Assembly (NCBI GenBank): GCA_041737125.1
Contig: JBGSSJ010000014.1
Span: 1,533-65,532, forward strand
DNA from: Minisyncoccia bacterium
GTDB lineage: Bacteria > Patescibacteriota > Minisyncoccia > Phycocordibacterales > UBA9973
Reading direction: 5' to 3'
Length of the DNA: 64,000 nucleotides
Shown here: positions 46,796 to 59,092 of the stretch, one piece after another
Layout: the number at the start of each line of letters is the position of its first letter
How positions within the stretch are numbered: position 1 is the stretch's first letter
Program-made: the position numbers and the translations under genes
Notes under the pieces: generated by a model
Databases searched by the model: none
Told to the model about the DNA's origin: nothing
Seen by the model: only the letters and a program-made list of their open reading frames with translations

Positions 46796-48532
46796 ATGAT
46801 AATTCTTGATGAATTAGTTAAAGCAAATATTCTAACAGAAGAGCAAATACCAGAAGTTCTAAAGATTGCAAATGAGAAATACGCTGGTAATATAGACGAT
46901 GCTCTTCTTGATTTAAAAGTAGATGAAGACAGAATTCTTAAGATAAAAGAAGTCTTTTTCAATATTCCAAGCAAAGAAGTTGATCCGAGGAATGTAGCAT
47001 CAGAATTATATAAATTGTTCCCACTAGATGCTGTAAAAATGTATAGATTCTTACCAATCGGATTTACAGATTCAATACTTGAGATTGGTATAGTTGACCC
47101 CGAGAATACTCAGTCAGTCGATGCCATAACCTTTATCACAGCCAAGCTCGATAAGCCTTTTAAGATTTTTCTTATAAAGAATTCAACCTTTAGAAATCTA
47201 TTAGACCATTATAATGGTCTCGATACTCAAGTAGGAGAAGCTCTCTCTGAGCTCGATGAAGAGATAGATAATAGTAAAGACGCAGGTGTAACCATAGAAT
47301 CTATCAAAAAAGCATCAGATACACTAAAGCCTGGCGAAGAAGAGAAGATCGTTGAAGATGCCCCTATTATCAAGATAGTAGCAGTTATACTTCGCCATGC
47401 AACAGAAGGACTTGCTTCTGATATACACATAGAGAATGTCGGAGACAAAGTGAAAGTTCGCTTCCGTGTAGATGGAGTACTCCATACTTCACTAGAATTA
47501 CCCATTAATGTATATAATGGAGTAATTGCTCGTATCAAAATTCTAGCCAAGCTTCGCTTAGATGAGAAGCGTAAGCCTCAAGACGGAGGAATCTCTGCGA
47601 AAATAAATGGAAGAAAAATTGATTTCCGCGTATCTACTATGCCGTCCTACTATGGAGAGAAGATAGTTATGCGTATTCTTGATTCAGAAAAAGGTGTTCA
47701 GAAGCTAGATAACTTGAATATGTCGCCCGAGAATATGAAGCTCGTACGTGAAGCATTGAATAAGCCTTATGGACTAGTCCTTATTACAGGTCCAACAGGT
47801 TCAGGTAAGACAACAACACTATATTCCATGCTAAATGAACTCGATTTCGAAGGGAAGAACATTGTCTCCCTTGAAGACCCAGTAGAGTACCAGATAAGTG
47901 GGATAAACCAGTCACAGATAATGCCTGAGATTGGTTATACATTTGCGTCAGGTCTTCGTTCTATACTTCGTCAAGACCCAGATATTATATACGTGGGAGA
48001 AATCCGAGATAAGGAAACAGCAGAGCTTGCTATTCAAGCTGCTCTTACAGGACACCTAGTATTCTCTACTCTACACACGAATTCTGCTATTGGTGCTATT
48101 CCTCGCCTAGTAGATATGGGAATAGACCCTTATCTTATAGCTCCTACTCTCGTTCTCTGTATTGCTCAGCGTCTGGCTCGTAAAATCTATCCTACTTCAA
48201 AGCATGAAATTCCTATGGATGAATCTACAAAAAGAATGATTGATACACAATTTGCAGATTTACCTAAAGAATATAAAGATAGCCTAAATATTGGTAATAC
48301 TATGTATGAAGCTGTGTCTTCACCCGAGTGTTCATCTGGGCTCCGCGGGCGTATGGCTATATTTGAAATGTTTAGTATTGATAAAGAATTACAACAGATC
48401 ATACTCAACAAGCCCCAAGAACAAGAAATATACAAAGTTGTGCGTTCTCGTGGGATGTTGTCTATTCGCGAAGACGCTATAGTTAAAAGTTTGCAAGGTC
48501 ATATACCAATGCAGGAAGTTTATAACTTCTAG
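46796..48532 (+). CDS. pilB: Type IV pilus assembly ATPase PilB (GspE family)
   Basis: 578 aa; N-terminal GSPII domain, Walker A GPTGSGKTTTL, Asp/His boxes, tetracysteine-like motif region. Confidence 0.9.
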   Translation: MIILDELVKANILTEEQIPEVLKIANEKYAGNIDDALLDLKVDEDRILKIKEVFFNIPSKEVDPRNVASELYKLFPLDAVKMYRFLPIGFTDSILEIGIVDPENTQSVDAITFITAKLDKPFKIFLIKNSTFRNLLDHYNGLDTQVGEALSELDEEIDNSKDAGVTIESIKKASDTLKPGEEEKIVEDAPIIKIVAVILRHATEGLASDIHIENVGDKVKVRFRVDGVLHTSLELPINVYNGVIARIKILAKLRLDEKRKPQDGGISAKINGRKIDFRVSTMPSYYGEKIVMRILDSEKGVQKLDNLNMSPENMKLVREALNKPYGLVLITGPTGSGKTTTLYSMLNELDFEGKNIVSLEDPVEYQISGINQSQIMPEIGYTFASGLRSILRQDPDIIYVGEIRDKETAELAIQAALTGHLVFSTLHTNSAIGAIPRLVDMGIDPYLIAPTLVLCIAQRLARKIYPTSKHEIPMDESTKRMIDTQFADLPKEYKDSLNIGNTMYEAVSSPECSSGLRGRMAIFEMFSIDKELQQIILNKPQEQEIYKVVRSRGMLSIREDAIVKSLQGHIPMQEVYNF

Positions 48533-48574
48533 TACAGTAGGAAAAGCTTTATTAATGTATTATAATATTTATAT

Positions 48575-48964
48575 ATGGAATCCAAAAAGAAAATTTTGAT
48601 TATTGATGATGATAGTTTCTTGCTTGATATGTATGCATTGAAGTTCAATCAGGCGAATTTTGATGTGCACACCTCACTTGGGCCAGAGCCTGCATTAGAA
48701 TTACTACACGGTGGCTTCGTTCCAGATATTATACTCCTTGATATAGTGATGCCTGTTATGGACGGCTTTGAATTTATGGAGAAATTAAAAGAAGAGAAAT
48801 TATCTCAAACTTCTATCATCATAATACTTTCAAATAGAGGGCAACCTTCAGATATTGCTCGCGGTGAATCCCTTGGTGCTTCTGGTTATATTATAAAAGC
48901 ATCCAGCACTCCTTCGGAAGTCATCAAGAAAGTAAATGAAATTATTAACGACGTAAATAAATAA
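48575..48964 (+). CDS. CheY-like response regulator embedded in the pilus locus (PilH/PilG-like)
   Basis: 129 aa; receiver-domain motifs (IIDDD, ILLDIVMP). Confidence 0.8.
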   Translation: MESKKKILIIDDDSFLLDMYALKFNQANFDVHTSLGPEPALELLHGGFVPDIILLDIVMPVMDGFEFMEKLKEEKLSQTSIIIILSNRGQPSDIARGESLGASGYIIKASSTPSEVIKKVNEIINDVNK

Positions 48965-48968
48965 TAAT

Positions 48969-50027
48969 ATGGATTATAAGAAATTTATAGACGAATTACT
49001 GACGAGCCTTATGCATGAAGATGGATCAGATCTTCATCTAGGTGTAGGACGTAAGCCTGCTATGAGGATAAATGGTCAGCTACTTTTTCTCGTGAATCAG
49101 AATAACCAAACTAGAGATGATATTATAGGCATACTCGTAGCTATGATAGGGCAGAGTAGAGTGGATATTTTCCTTGAAGTGAAGGAAGCTGACTTCTCGT
49201 ATTCATTCATGGGGAATACTCGTATCCGTGGTAATGCTTTCTTCCAGCGCGGAGAGATATGTATCGCACTGCGTTTGATCCCTAAAGCGAAATCTATGGA
49301 AGACTTGAATCTACCTATGATACTCGAGAGCTTTACTCAGAAGAATCAAGGATTCTTCTTGTGCGTAGGACCAGTTGGACAAGGTAAGTCTACAACACTA
49401 TCTACGATGATAAATATGATTAATAAGAACAAAGCTGTACATATAGTCACCATAGAGGACCCTATAGAATTCGTCTATGAAGCAGATAAATCTATTATTG
49501 ATCAGCGTGAAGTAGGTACTGATACTGCTGACTTCTCTGTAGCGATGAAGGCAGTACTTCGTGAAGATGTGAATGTAATATTCGTAGGAGAAATGCGTGA
49601 CCCAGATACTATATCAGCAGCAGTGACTGCAGCCGAGACTGGGCACCTCGTGTTCTCTACACTACATACGAATAATGCTGCTCAGACTATAGATCGTATC
49701 ATCGACTCTTTCCCTCCGAACCAACAAGATCAGATTCGCCTTCAGCTGTCCTCTAGTTTACTCGGAGTATTCTCTCAGCGTCTAATCCCTCGCATTTCTG
49801 GAGGACGTATTCCTGCTTATGAATTACTTATCAATAATAATGCTATAGCGAACCTTATTCGTGAGAAGAGAACTCACGAGATAACGAATGTCATCGAGAC
49901 CTCATCCGAGCTAGGCATGATAGATATGAACAGGTCTCTAGTCGAGCTCGTACAAAAAGGCGAGATAAGTATGGAGAGTGCTTATCAATTCTCATTTAAC
50001 CCTAAAGCGCTTGAGCGCATGCTATAA
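48969..50027 (+). CDS. pilT: Twitching-motility retraction ATPase PilT
   Basis: 352 aa; Walker A GPVGQGKSTT, His box VFSTLHTNNAAQTIDRI, no N-terminal GSPII domain. Confidence 0.9.
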   Translation: MDYKKFIDELLTSLMHEDGSDLHLGVGRKPAMRINGQLLFLVNQNNQTRDDIIGILVAMIGQSRVDIFLEVKEADFSYSFMGNTRIRGNAFFQRGEICIALRLIPKAKSMEDLNLPMILESFTQKNQGFFLCVGPVGQGKSTTLSTMINMINKNKAVHIVTIEDPIEFVYEADKSIIDQREVGTDTADFSVAMKAVLREDVNVIFVGEMRDPDTISAAVTAAETGHLVFSTLHTNNAAQTIDRIIDSFPPNQQDQIRLQLSSSLLGVFSQRLIPRISGGRIPAYELLINNNAIANLIREKRTHEITNVIETSSELGMIDMNRSLVELVQKGEISMESAYQFSFNPKALERML

Positions 50028-50032
50028 AATAT

Positions 50033-51244
50033 ATGTTATTTAATTATGAAGCCATATCAAATACAGGAGAGAAGAAGAAGGGCACAGTAGATGCGAGCTC
50101 TCGTGATACAGCTATCTCTGCTATTCAGAACAGAGGCCTCATAGTAATTGCGGTCAATGAAGACGATGATAACAAAGGTATGCTAGCTAAATTGTCTTTT
50201 TTCCAGAAAGGTATCGATCTGAAAGATGTGGTTATCATGTCTCGCCAGATATCGACACTCTTTGAGGCTCAAGTCTCAGCGCTTAAAGCATTCAACCTTC
50301 TTGCAAGTAATACAGAGAACAAAGCTCTTATAAAAGTCCTCACAAGTGTGTCTGATTATATATCATCTGGTCTATCTATTTCGGAGGCTCTAAGTAGACA
50401 CCCGGAAGCCTTCTCTGAATTCTATGTGAATATGGTCAAAGCGGGTGAAGAGTCCGGTAAACTTACTCAGACATTCTCATACTTGGCAGATTATCTCGAT
50501 CGCCAGTACCAGCTCACAGCCAAGACGAAGCACGCGCTTATATATCCTGGATTCGTCATAGGAGTATTTATACTTGTGATGGTGATGATGTTCGTATTTA
50601 TTGTGCCACGACTTGCAGTTATCATTGAGGAATCAGGCCAAGACATACCTTTCTCTACGAAGATAGTACTCGGTATTAGTGACTTATTAGTGAACTACGG
50701 ACTATTCGTACTCGTAGGTGTCGCTCTATTTATAGTCTATATGTATAGATTCAGTAAGTCAGAGAAAGGACAGAAGTATTTAGATAGTATGAAAATATCC
50801 ATCCCAGTGTTCAAGAACATATTCACCAAGCTCTACCTCGCTCGTATCGCAGATAATATGGATACAATGCTCTCATCAGGTATACCTATAATCCGTGCGA
50901 TAGAGCTCACAGGTAATGTAGTAGGGAACAAAGTTTTCAGCGACATAATGCTTGGAGTAACAGAAGAAGTGAAGAGTGGCGCCTCATTCTCTGACTCGTT
51001 AGCGAAACACAAGGAGATACCTGCTATCATGTCCGGCATGGTGAAAGTGGGCGAGGAGACAGGGTCCATGGGTAGCATACTGAAAACTCTCGGACACTTT
51101 TACGGTAGAGAAGTGAATGACGCAGTGGATACACTAGTCGGGCTTATCGAGCCGTTCATGATAGTGGCTCTTGGTCTCGGAGTAGGATTACTTCTGACTT
51201 CAATACTGATGCCGATATATAATATCGCAGGTGGAATAAGTTAA
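50033..51244 (+). CDS. pilC: Type IV pilus inner-membrane platform protein PilC (GspF family)
   Basis: 403 aa; duplicated GspF domains with three TM segments. Confidence 0.85.
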   Translation: MLFNYEAISNTGEKKKGTVDASSRDTAISAIQNRGLIVIAVNEDDDNKGMLAKLSFFQKGIDLKDVVIMSRQISTLFEAQVSALKAFNLLASNTENKALIKVLTSVSDYISSGLSISEALSRHPEAFSEFYVNMVKAGEESGKLTQTFSYLADYLDRQYQLTAKTKHALIYPGFVIGVFILVMVMMFVFIVPRLAVIIEESGQDIPFSTKIVLGISDLLVNYGLFVLVGVALFIVYMYRFSKSEKGQKYLDSMKISIPVFKNIFTKLYLARIADNMDTMLSSGIPIIRAIELTGNVVGNKVFSDIMLGVTEEVKSGASFSDSLAKHKEIPAIMSGMVKVGEETGSMGSILKTLGHFYGREVNDAVDTLVGLIEPFMIVALGLGVGLLLTSILMPIYNIAGGIS

Positions 51245-51379
51245 AATCAGTCCTGACTTATCCACAGTATATATAATATTGCGTTTTTATAACGTTTATA
51301 TGATATAATAAGAGTATTAAAAATAAGGTCGCGTCTTCTTAAATAAAAGAAGACACAAATTAATAGAATAAATTTTAGT

Positions 51380-51907
51380 ATGAATAAAAATAAAGGTTTC
51401 ACATTAATCGAGCTTCTAGTCGTTATCGCAATCATCGGTATCTTGGCATCTGTAATCTTGGCGTCACTTTCAAGTGCTCGTACAAAAGCAGCTGATGCAA
51501 AAATCACAAGTCAGTTAGCAGCTATGAGATCACAAGCTGAGTTGTATACAGGTGTAGGTAATCCTCCTACAGAGGCAGCTGTAACTGCTATGACAGCTAC
51601 TTCATCAAGTTTGTGTGCCCCTGCAGCAACTACTACTGTTTTTGACACAGCGAATGGAGGTTTAGGTGCTTTAATGGGAGGACTATTAGCTCCAGATATT
51701 CGTTGTGCTTCAGAAGCAGGCAAACTACCTTCAAATGGAGGAGCTTGGGCTTTCGCAGCTAAAACATCTACTGGAGCATGGTGCGTAGACTCAACTGGTT
51801 GGTCTAGTGATAAGAACAAAACAGCAGGAGCTGCTTATAATGGTACAGGTTCAGCTGTTGGTCATACAACACCTGCTATTGCTACTTCAGCGATTGCATG
51901 TTCATAA
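51380..51907 (+). CDS. pilA: Type IV pilin (major pilin candidate 1)
   Basis: Prepilin leader MNKNKG|FTLIELLVVIAIIGILA (G-1, F+1, E+5), C-terminal Cys pair. Confidence 0.85.
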   Translation: MNKNKGFTLIELLVVIAIIGILASVILASLSSARTKAADAKITSQLAAMRSQAELYTGVGNPPTEAAVTAMTATSSSLCAPAATTTVFDTANGGLGALMGGLLAPDIRCASEAGKLPSNGGAWAFAAKTSTGAWCVDSTGWSSDKNKTAGAAYNGTGSAVGHTTPAIATSAIACS

Positions 51908-51923
51908 AGTAAATGTTTCAAAT

Positions 51924-51953
51924 AAAAAAACCACCAAAAGGGTGGTTTTTTTA
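51924..51953 (+). terminator. Rho-independent terminator after the first pilin
   Basis: aaaaaaaccacc-aaaa-ggtggttttttt. Confidence 0.8.
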
Positions 51954-52018
51954 TTTGTAGGTGTTATAATTAATTTACTCATTAAAGTCGTATTTATTAT
52001 TTTATTATTTTATTTATT

Positions 52019-52606
52019 ATGAAAGATCAAAGAGGTTTCACTCTCATAGAGGTTCTGGTTGTTATATTAATAATCGGTGTCTTAGCTACTGTCGTTCTTG
52101 TTGCTTTAGGTGATTCTAAAAAAAGAGCAAATGACAAAAAGGTGGCAGCACAGCTAAAGGCCATGATTCCACAAGCACTTCTGTATACAGGGACCAATGT
52201 TACAGGTAGCTTTTCAGCTATTGGTAACAACAATCCATCTGGTGCGCTTGATGCTACTACTCTCAATGGAGACACAAGTAATACTGGCAATATGTTTAAT
52301 TATTCTGGTTCATTAAATAGAAATAGCCTCTATAAATTAATTAAAGGTTTACCGAAAGGAACTACAGTTATATTTGCAAAAGGGATAGGCAACCAAACTA
52401 ATGCTGCTGGACAATGGGCACTTGCTGCTACAACTACAACTGGATCAGTTTGCGTAGATTACAGACAAAAAATAGTCACAAAAGAACATCCTCCAGTTGT
52501 GGCCGCTGTGACTAATAGTGGTACTCCGAGTCTCCAACAGTACTGGCCAAATGTTCAAAATCCTAGCGGTACAGGACAAAATTTATTACGTGCTAATTGT
52601 AATTAA
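52019..52606 (+). CDS. Type IV pilin paralog 2
   Basis: MKDQRG|FTLIEVLVVILIIGVLA leader; C-terminal Cys pair. Confidence 0.8.
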   Translation: MKDQRGFTLIEVLVVILIIGVLATVVLVALGDSKKRANDKKVAAQLKAMIPQALLYTGTNVTGSFSAIGNNNPSGALDATTLNGDTSNTGNMFNYSGSLNRNSLYKLIKGLPKGTTVIFAKGIGNQTNAAGQWALAATTTTGSVCVDYRQKIVTKEHPPVVAAVTNSGTPSLQQYWPNVQNPSGTGQNLLRANCN

Positions 52607-52770
52607 CGGTTTAATTTCGCAAGGACAGTCCTTGTGTTTGAGTTAAAGCTAATAATTTTAGAGTCAAAAGACCATTCTCGATGATTGGTCTTTTACTTTT
52701 CAGGTCTATTAGTTTCGCAAGGACAGTTCTTGCGAAAGGTTAAAATTCTTTTTTATGATACAATTAACGT
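52607..52770. repeat. Intergenic direct repeats (2 x ~20 nt) flanking a terminator hairpin between pilin genes
   Basis: tttcgcaaggacagtccttg (52614-52633) and tttcgcaaggacagttcttg (52714-52733), each an internal palindrome; between them aaaagacca-ttctcgatga-tggtctttt (52667-52695). Confidence 0.45.
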
Positions 52771-53361
52771 ATGTCTAAAAATCATACAAATACTCCTCGC
52801 TCCAGTGGTGGTTTTACTCTCATAGAATTATTAATATTAATTTTAATATTAGCAGTATTTGCATCCATTACTATATTCTCTGTTAGTAAAGCTCGCACTA
52901 AAGGTCAGAATTCTTCTATTGAGCTTGCTCTTGCACCACTTTACTATGAGTCACAGAAGCTATATGACCAGAGAGGGACGCACGGTAATTGGATCTTCGG
53001 TTCGCTTACAGAAGCTCCGAATTGCCAAGTGAACACATCGACGAATCCCTACATAGCTTTCTTTTTCTATCCTCATATTACAAATATTATCAAGTCAGCA
53101 AGTCAGAAGTCAGGTGGTGTAATGAACGGTACTAGTATTACTAGGACTGCCTGCAGGCTTAATACGAATGGTACTTGGGCGGTAGCAGTGACCAGTAAAG
53201 ATAATACAGGAGCCTATTGTGTAGACTCTAGTGGTCTAATAAAACTCGTGAATAAAGATACACTAAAAAGTGGAAGCCCAGACTTCAGTATAGCTAACCC
53301 CAATAATCCGATAGAAGCCATATTAAATGGTGGTAGTGGTGCCAAAATTAGCTGTAAATAA
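52771..53361 (+). CDS. Type IV pilin paralog 3
   Basis: ...SSGG|FTLIELLILILILAVFA prepilin-type N-terminus after a longer leader; C-terminal Cys pair. Confidence 0.7.
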   Translation: MSKNHTNTPRSSGGFTLIELLILILILAVFASITIFSVSKARTKGQNSSIELALAPLYYESQKLYDQRGTHGNWIFGSLTEAPNCQVNTSTNPYIAFFFYPHITNIIKSASQKSGGVMNGTSITRTACRLNTNGTWAVAVTSKDNTGAYCVDSSGLIKLVNKDTLKSGSPDFSIANPNNPIEAILNGGSGAKISCK

Positions 53362-53397
53362 TTATTAATTTTTATAATTGGGTGCTATAATATCTAT

Positions 53398-54237
53398 ATG
53401 TATATACTTGCATTTATTCTTATTTTCTTCATGGGCACTATCATCGGAAGCTTTCTTAATGTAGTTATTTATCGCTTTAATACAGGCAAATCCATAGTCC
53501 ACGGCAGGTCCATGTGTATGACTTGCAGTCACAAGCTGCGTTGGTACGAGCTTATACCTGTATTTTCTTTCTTGATACAGTCTGGCCGCTGCAGAAGCTG
53601 TGCGAGCTCTATCTCACACCAGTATCCGATAGTTGAATTCATCACGGGTATAGTTTTCGTAATGATTATGATGCGCTTAATGCCGTTGCTACTATTCTCT
53701 GAATTTCTGTTTTTCCTTCTTATGACACTGTTTGTGTTTATGTTCTCTATACTTATCGTTATATCTTTCTACGATATTCGCCACAAAATTATACCAAATA
53801 AGCTAGTCTATACTTTCATCATAGTATCTTTCCTGTCTCTTTTTATAAATTATAATCTCGGAGGCCCATTCCTAGCTATTCCACCACTTATGCATATACT
53901 AGCAGGCCCGGTGCTCGCTCTACCTTTTGCTCTTATTTGGCTTATAAGCAAGGGTCGCTCTATGGGGCTAGGGGATGCGAAGCTTATTCTCGGTATCGGT
54001 TGGCTCTTCATGCCGTATGAAGCACTTGCTGTACTGATACTTTCCTTTTGGATTGGCTCTATAGTCAGTATAATATTACTCCTTATAAATAAGAGTAAGA
54101 ATAAGAAGATGGGTATGAAGACCGAGATACCGTTTGCTCCGTTCCTAGTACTATCTTCTCTATTGGTATTCTTCTTTGGTCTTGATATATTCTCCCTAGC
54201 TACTATGTTTAATAATTTCATCAGCTTGTTCTACTAG
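53398..54237 (+). CDS. pilD: Prepilin peptidase PilD (A24 family)
   Basis: 279 aa; N-terminal Cys cluster (CMTC...CRSC), multiple TM helices, catalytic Asp regions. Confidence 0.85.
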   Translation: MYILAFILIFFMGTIIGSFLNVVIYRFNTGKSIVHGRSMCMTCSHKLRWYELIPVFSFLIQSGRCRSCASSISHQYPIVEFITGIVFVMIMMRLMPLLLFSEFLFFLLMTLFVFMFSILIVISFYDIRHKIIPNKLVYTFIIVSFLSLFINYNLGGPFLAIPPLMHILAGPVLALPFALIWLISKGRSMGLGDAKLILGIGWLFMPYEALAVLILSFWIGSIVSIILLLINKSKNKKMGMKTEIPFAPFLVLSSLLVFFFGLDIFSLATMFNNFISLFY

Positions 54238-54246
54238 CATTTATAA

Positions 54247-54948
54247 ATGAATAAGAATATAAATAAATTTAAATATATTCGAACTATAGGTACTCAATCC
54301 GGTATGACTCTCATAGAGATGCTAGTGGTACTCGCTATCTTTATGATGGTTTCAGGTATTGTTATCTTTGACTATAATAAGTTCAGGTCACAAGTCTCAC
54401 TCAATAACCTCGTTGATGATATAGCATCATCTATTCGTAAAACTCAGAATTTCGCTATAGGTGTACGCAGTTCGAATACGGCGGACTTCGGTTCTGGTTA
54501 TGGTATATACTTTAATCTAAACACCCCGTCTTATAATTCCTCTCGTAATGGATCAAACAAAAGCTTCTTAATCTTCAATGATAAGACCCCAAATATGAGA
54601 TATGATACTAACTATGTTTCAGGCATGGCTGCTTGCAGTCCCAAGACTGTTAGCAAAGATGATGAATGTATGGAAATGTTTACAATAAATACTGCTGATT
54701 ATATTAGTAGAATATGTGCTTATTATGACGGTAGTTCTGATCCTACTTGTACTAGTGATGCCAATGGCTCAGTAGCTATATCTTTCCTTAGACCTGATCC
54801 AGAAGCACATATTTATGCTTGTATACCTCCTTTGTGTCGCTCTACAACCCCAGCTGATAGTGTGCAAATTTATATAATGAATACAGCAAGCCAAGATACT
54901 AAGTTCATAACTATAACTAATCTAGGTCAGATAAGTATAAACAGCTAA
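54247..54948 (+). CDS. Minor pilin / pseudopilin
   Basis: Leader ...QSG|MTLIEMLVVLAIFMMVSG. Confidence 0.65.
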   Translation: MNKNINKFKYIRTIGTQSGMTLIEMLVVLAIFMMVSGIVIFDYNKFRSQVSLNNLVDDIASSIRKTQNFAIGVRSSNTADFGSGYGIYFNLNTPSYNSSRNGSNKSFLIFNDKTPNMRYDTNYVSGMAACSPKTVSKDDECMEMFTINTADYISRICAYYDGSSDPTCTSDANGSVAISFLRPDPEAHIYACIPPLCRSTTPADSVQIYIMNTASQDTKFITITNLGQISINS

Positions 54949-54949
54949 T

Positions 54950-55513
54950 ATGAATATTTTTAATATAAATAGGAATAAAGGTTTTACTCTTATAGAGATC
55001 ATGGTGGCATCTTCTATATTCATGGTGGTCATGCTCGTAGTAATGGGAGCCCTTGTTTCTGTGTCGTATGCAGCCAAAGAAGCTCAAGCACTTCGTACTG
55101 CCATGGATAATGTAAATTTCGCCATGGAGAGCATGACTAGAAGTTTACGTACTGGCACTAATTACACTTGTGTGTCTCCTGGTGGTACTACAATGGGGGG
55201 CAGTCAAAATATAGATTGTATTGATGGTGGTGGTGCTATTATTTTCACATCTCAAGACGGTTCAGTACGCGACACAGCATACAAGCTTGAAGATGGCACA
55301 GTGAAGAAATGTACAAATATTGCAACAAATTGTCTTAGTATTGTGTCACCAAATGTGAATGTAAACAGATTGGTATTTTATGTGAAGGGTTCAGCCCCAG
55401 GTGATTTGGTACAACCAAGTGTTTATATCCTTATGAGAGGGTCTGTAAAAGTCAAAAATGTCGATCACCCGTTTGCTTTACAAACGTTCGTTTCACAGCG
55501 TTCATGGGAATAA
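54950..55513 (+). CDS. Minor pilin / pseudopilin
   Basis: Leader MNIFNINRNKG|FTLIEIMVASSIFMVV. Confidence 0.65.
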   Translation: MNIFNINRNKGFTLIEIMVASSIFMVVMLVVMGALVSVSYAAKEAQALRTAMDNVNFAMESMTRSLRTGTNYTCVSPGGTTMGGSQNIDCIDGGGAIIFTSQDGSVRDTAYKLEDGTVKKCTNIATNCLSIVSPNVNVNRLVFYVKGSAPGDLVQPSVYILMRGSVKVKNVDHPFALQTFVSQRSWE

Positions 55514-55514
55514 T

Positions 55515-56141
55515 ATGAAAAATTACATCAAACATATAAATACATACCAGAATAACAGAGCTTTCACATTGATAGAGACAATGATCGCAATTTTTATCTT
55601 AGTACTTATGGTAAATGCGAGCCTTGTTGTGATTACCCAGAGTTTATTCGCTGCACGATATGTGAAGAATGAAATAGTGTCAAATTACCTCATCCAAGAA
55701 GCAATAGATTATATAAGGAATGATAGGGATACAATAGCTTTCCAGCAGAAAGATTTACCACAGGGAGGTTGGCAGAATTTTAAGAATAAATATGGTTCTA
55801 GTACAAATAATACTGTATGTTTCTCTGCTGATGGCTGCGATATAGATATAATGGCAGCTACCACACCTAAAGATTGTAGTTTGAATACATCCAACCCGTC
55901 TCCATTTACAATACGCTGCCAGATGCTAAAGTATGATGCAGTAGGTACAAATAAGAGTTTTTATAGTGCAAACAATACGAATGGTACAATAAGTAATATA
56001 AAAAGACAGATTAAAATGTCTGACAGTGATTCTAGTATTGGTCCTGACGAGCTAGATATATATGTAAAAGTTGAGTGGTTCAATGGCTCAACACTGAAGT
56101 CCAAAGTTTATAGGACAAGTTTGCTAAATTGGCAATTATAA
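55515..56141 (+). CDS. Minor pilin / pseudopilin; start at the internal Met 55515
   Basis: Leader ...NNRA|FTLIETMIAIFILVLMV; the upstream in-frame extension of the tracked ORF overlaps the preceding gene. Confidence 0.6.
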   Translation: MKNYIKHINTYQNNRAFTLIETMIAIFILVLMVNASLVVITQSLFAARYVKNEIVSNYLIQEAIDYIRNDRDTIAFQQKDLPQGGWQNFKNKYGSSTNNTVCFSADGCDIDIMAATTPKDCSLNTSNPSPFTIRCQMLKYDAVGTNKSFYSANNTNGTISNIKRQIKMSDSDSSIGPDELDIYVKVEWFNGSTLKSKVYRTSLLNWQL

Positions 56142-56144
56142 TTT

Positions 56145-56648
56145 ATGACTAAGAATCCTAAAATACAAAAGAATAATGGTGGCTATGCAATACTTTTCGC
56201 AGTGGTGCTCATAAGTATCCTCTCTATGATAACCATAGGTCTGACCAACAGTACCTATAAGCATATATTATTCGCGTCGCTGGCTAGTGATTCACAGACA
56301 GCATTCTATCAAGCTGATACTGCTGCAGAATGTGCATTATATGCTAGTACATTTAATTTAGACACGATAGGTACTCCCACGGCTCCTTTTGCATGTGCCA
56401 AACATACAGATACTGCTTCTCCTTTTCCCTCAGGTTATTATTTATTTGAGAAAATAAAGACAAGTATAGATGATAATAAATTTAAATATGAATTTAATTT
56501 ACTCGCTGGTTGGTCTTCTAAAGATCCATGTTTTAATTTTGATATAATAAAGGGAAGTTCTACTACAGAAATTTTTGCTAGAGGGTATAGTAGTTGTGAT
56601 TTAAGTAATCCTAGAACTGTAGAGCGAGGAATAAGCGTCTCTTATTAA
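56145..56648 (+). CDS. PilX-like pilus assembly protein
   Basis: 167 aa; N-terminal hydrophobic helix GGYAILFAVVLISILSMITIGL then QADTAAECAL, as in the PilX N-terminal domain. Confidence 0.5.
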   Translation: MTKNPKIQKNNGGYAILFAVVLISILSMITIGLTNSTYKHILFASLASDSQTAFYQADTAAECALYASTFNLDTIGTPTAPFACAKHTDTASPFPSGYYLFEKIKTSIDDNKFKYEFNLLAGWSSKDPCFNFDIIKGSSTTEIFARGYSSCDLSNPRTVERGISVSY

Positions 56649-58766
<2,118 letters not shown>

Positions 58767-58807
58767 CGTTTATTTAAAAAACTCACAAAATATGCTATTC
58801 TAGGTTT

Positions 58808-59092
58808 ATGCAATTAGAAGACGTTAAAAAGCTCGCAATTATGGCTCGGGTAGATATGGACGAAGCAGAAATGCTAGAGATAGCAAATAGCTTTGATTCT
58901 ATTTTGGCGTATGTTGGTCAAATAGAGAAAGTCTCTGCCTCCTCAAATACTAAACAAGACATTGGGAGCATACCTTTTAATATCGTCCGGGAGGATGTAG
59001 TGACAAATAAGCCTGGCGAATATACAGATAAGATTGTTGTTCAAATGCCAGAGAGTGTTGATGGCTTCCTAAAAGTGAAAAAAATATTATGA
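58808..59092 (+). CDS. gatC: Asp/Glu-tRNA amidotransferase subunit C
   Basis: 94 aa; ...VKKLAIMARVDMDEAEM... GatC pattern; precedes gatA with a 4-nt overlap. Confidence 0.85.
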   Translation: MQLEDVKKLAIMARVDMDEAEMLEIANSFDSILAYVGQIEKVSASSNTKQDIGSIPFNIVREDVVTNKPGEYTDKIVVQMPESVDGFLKVKKIL

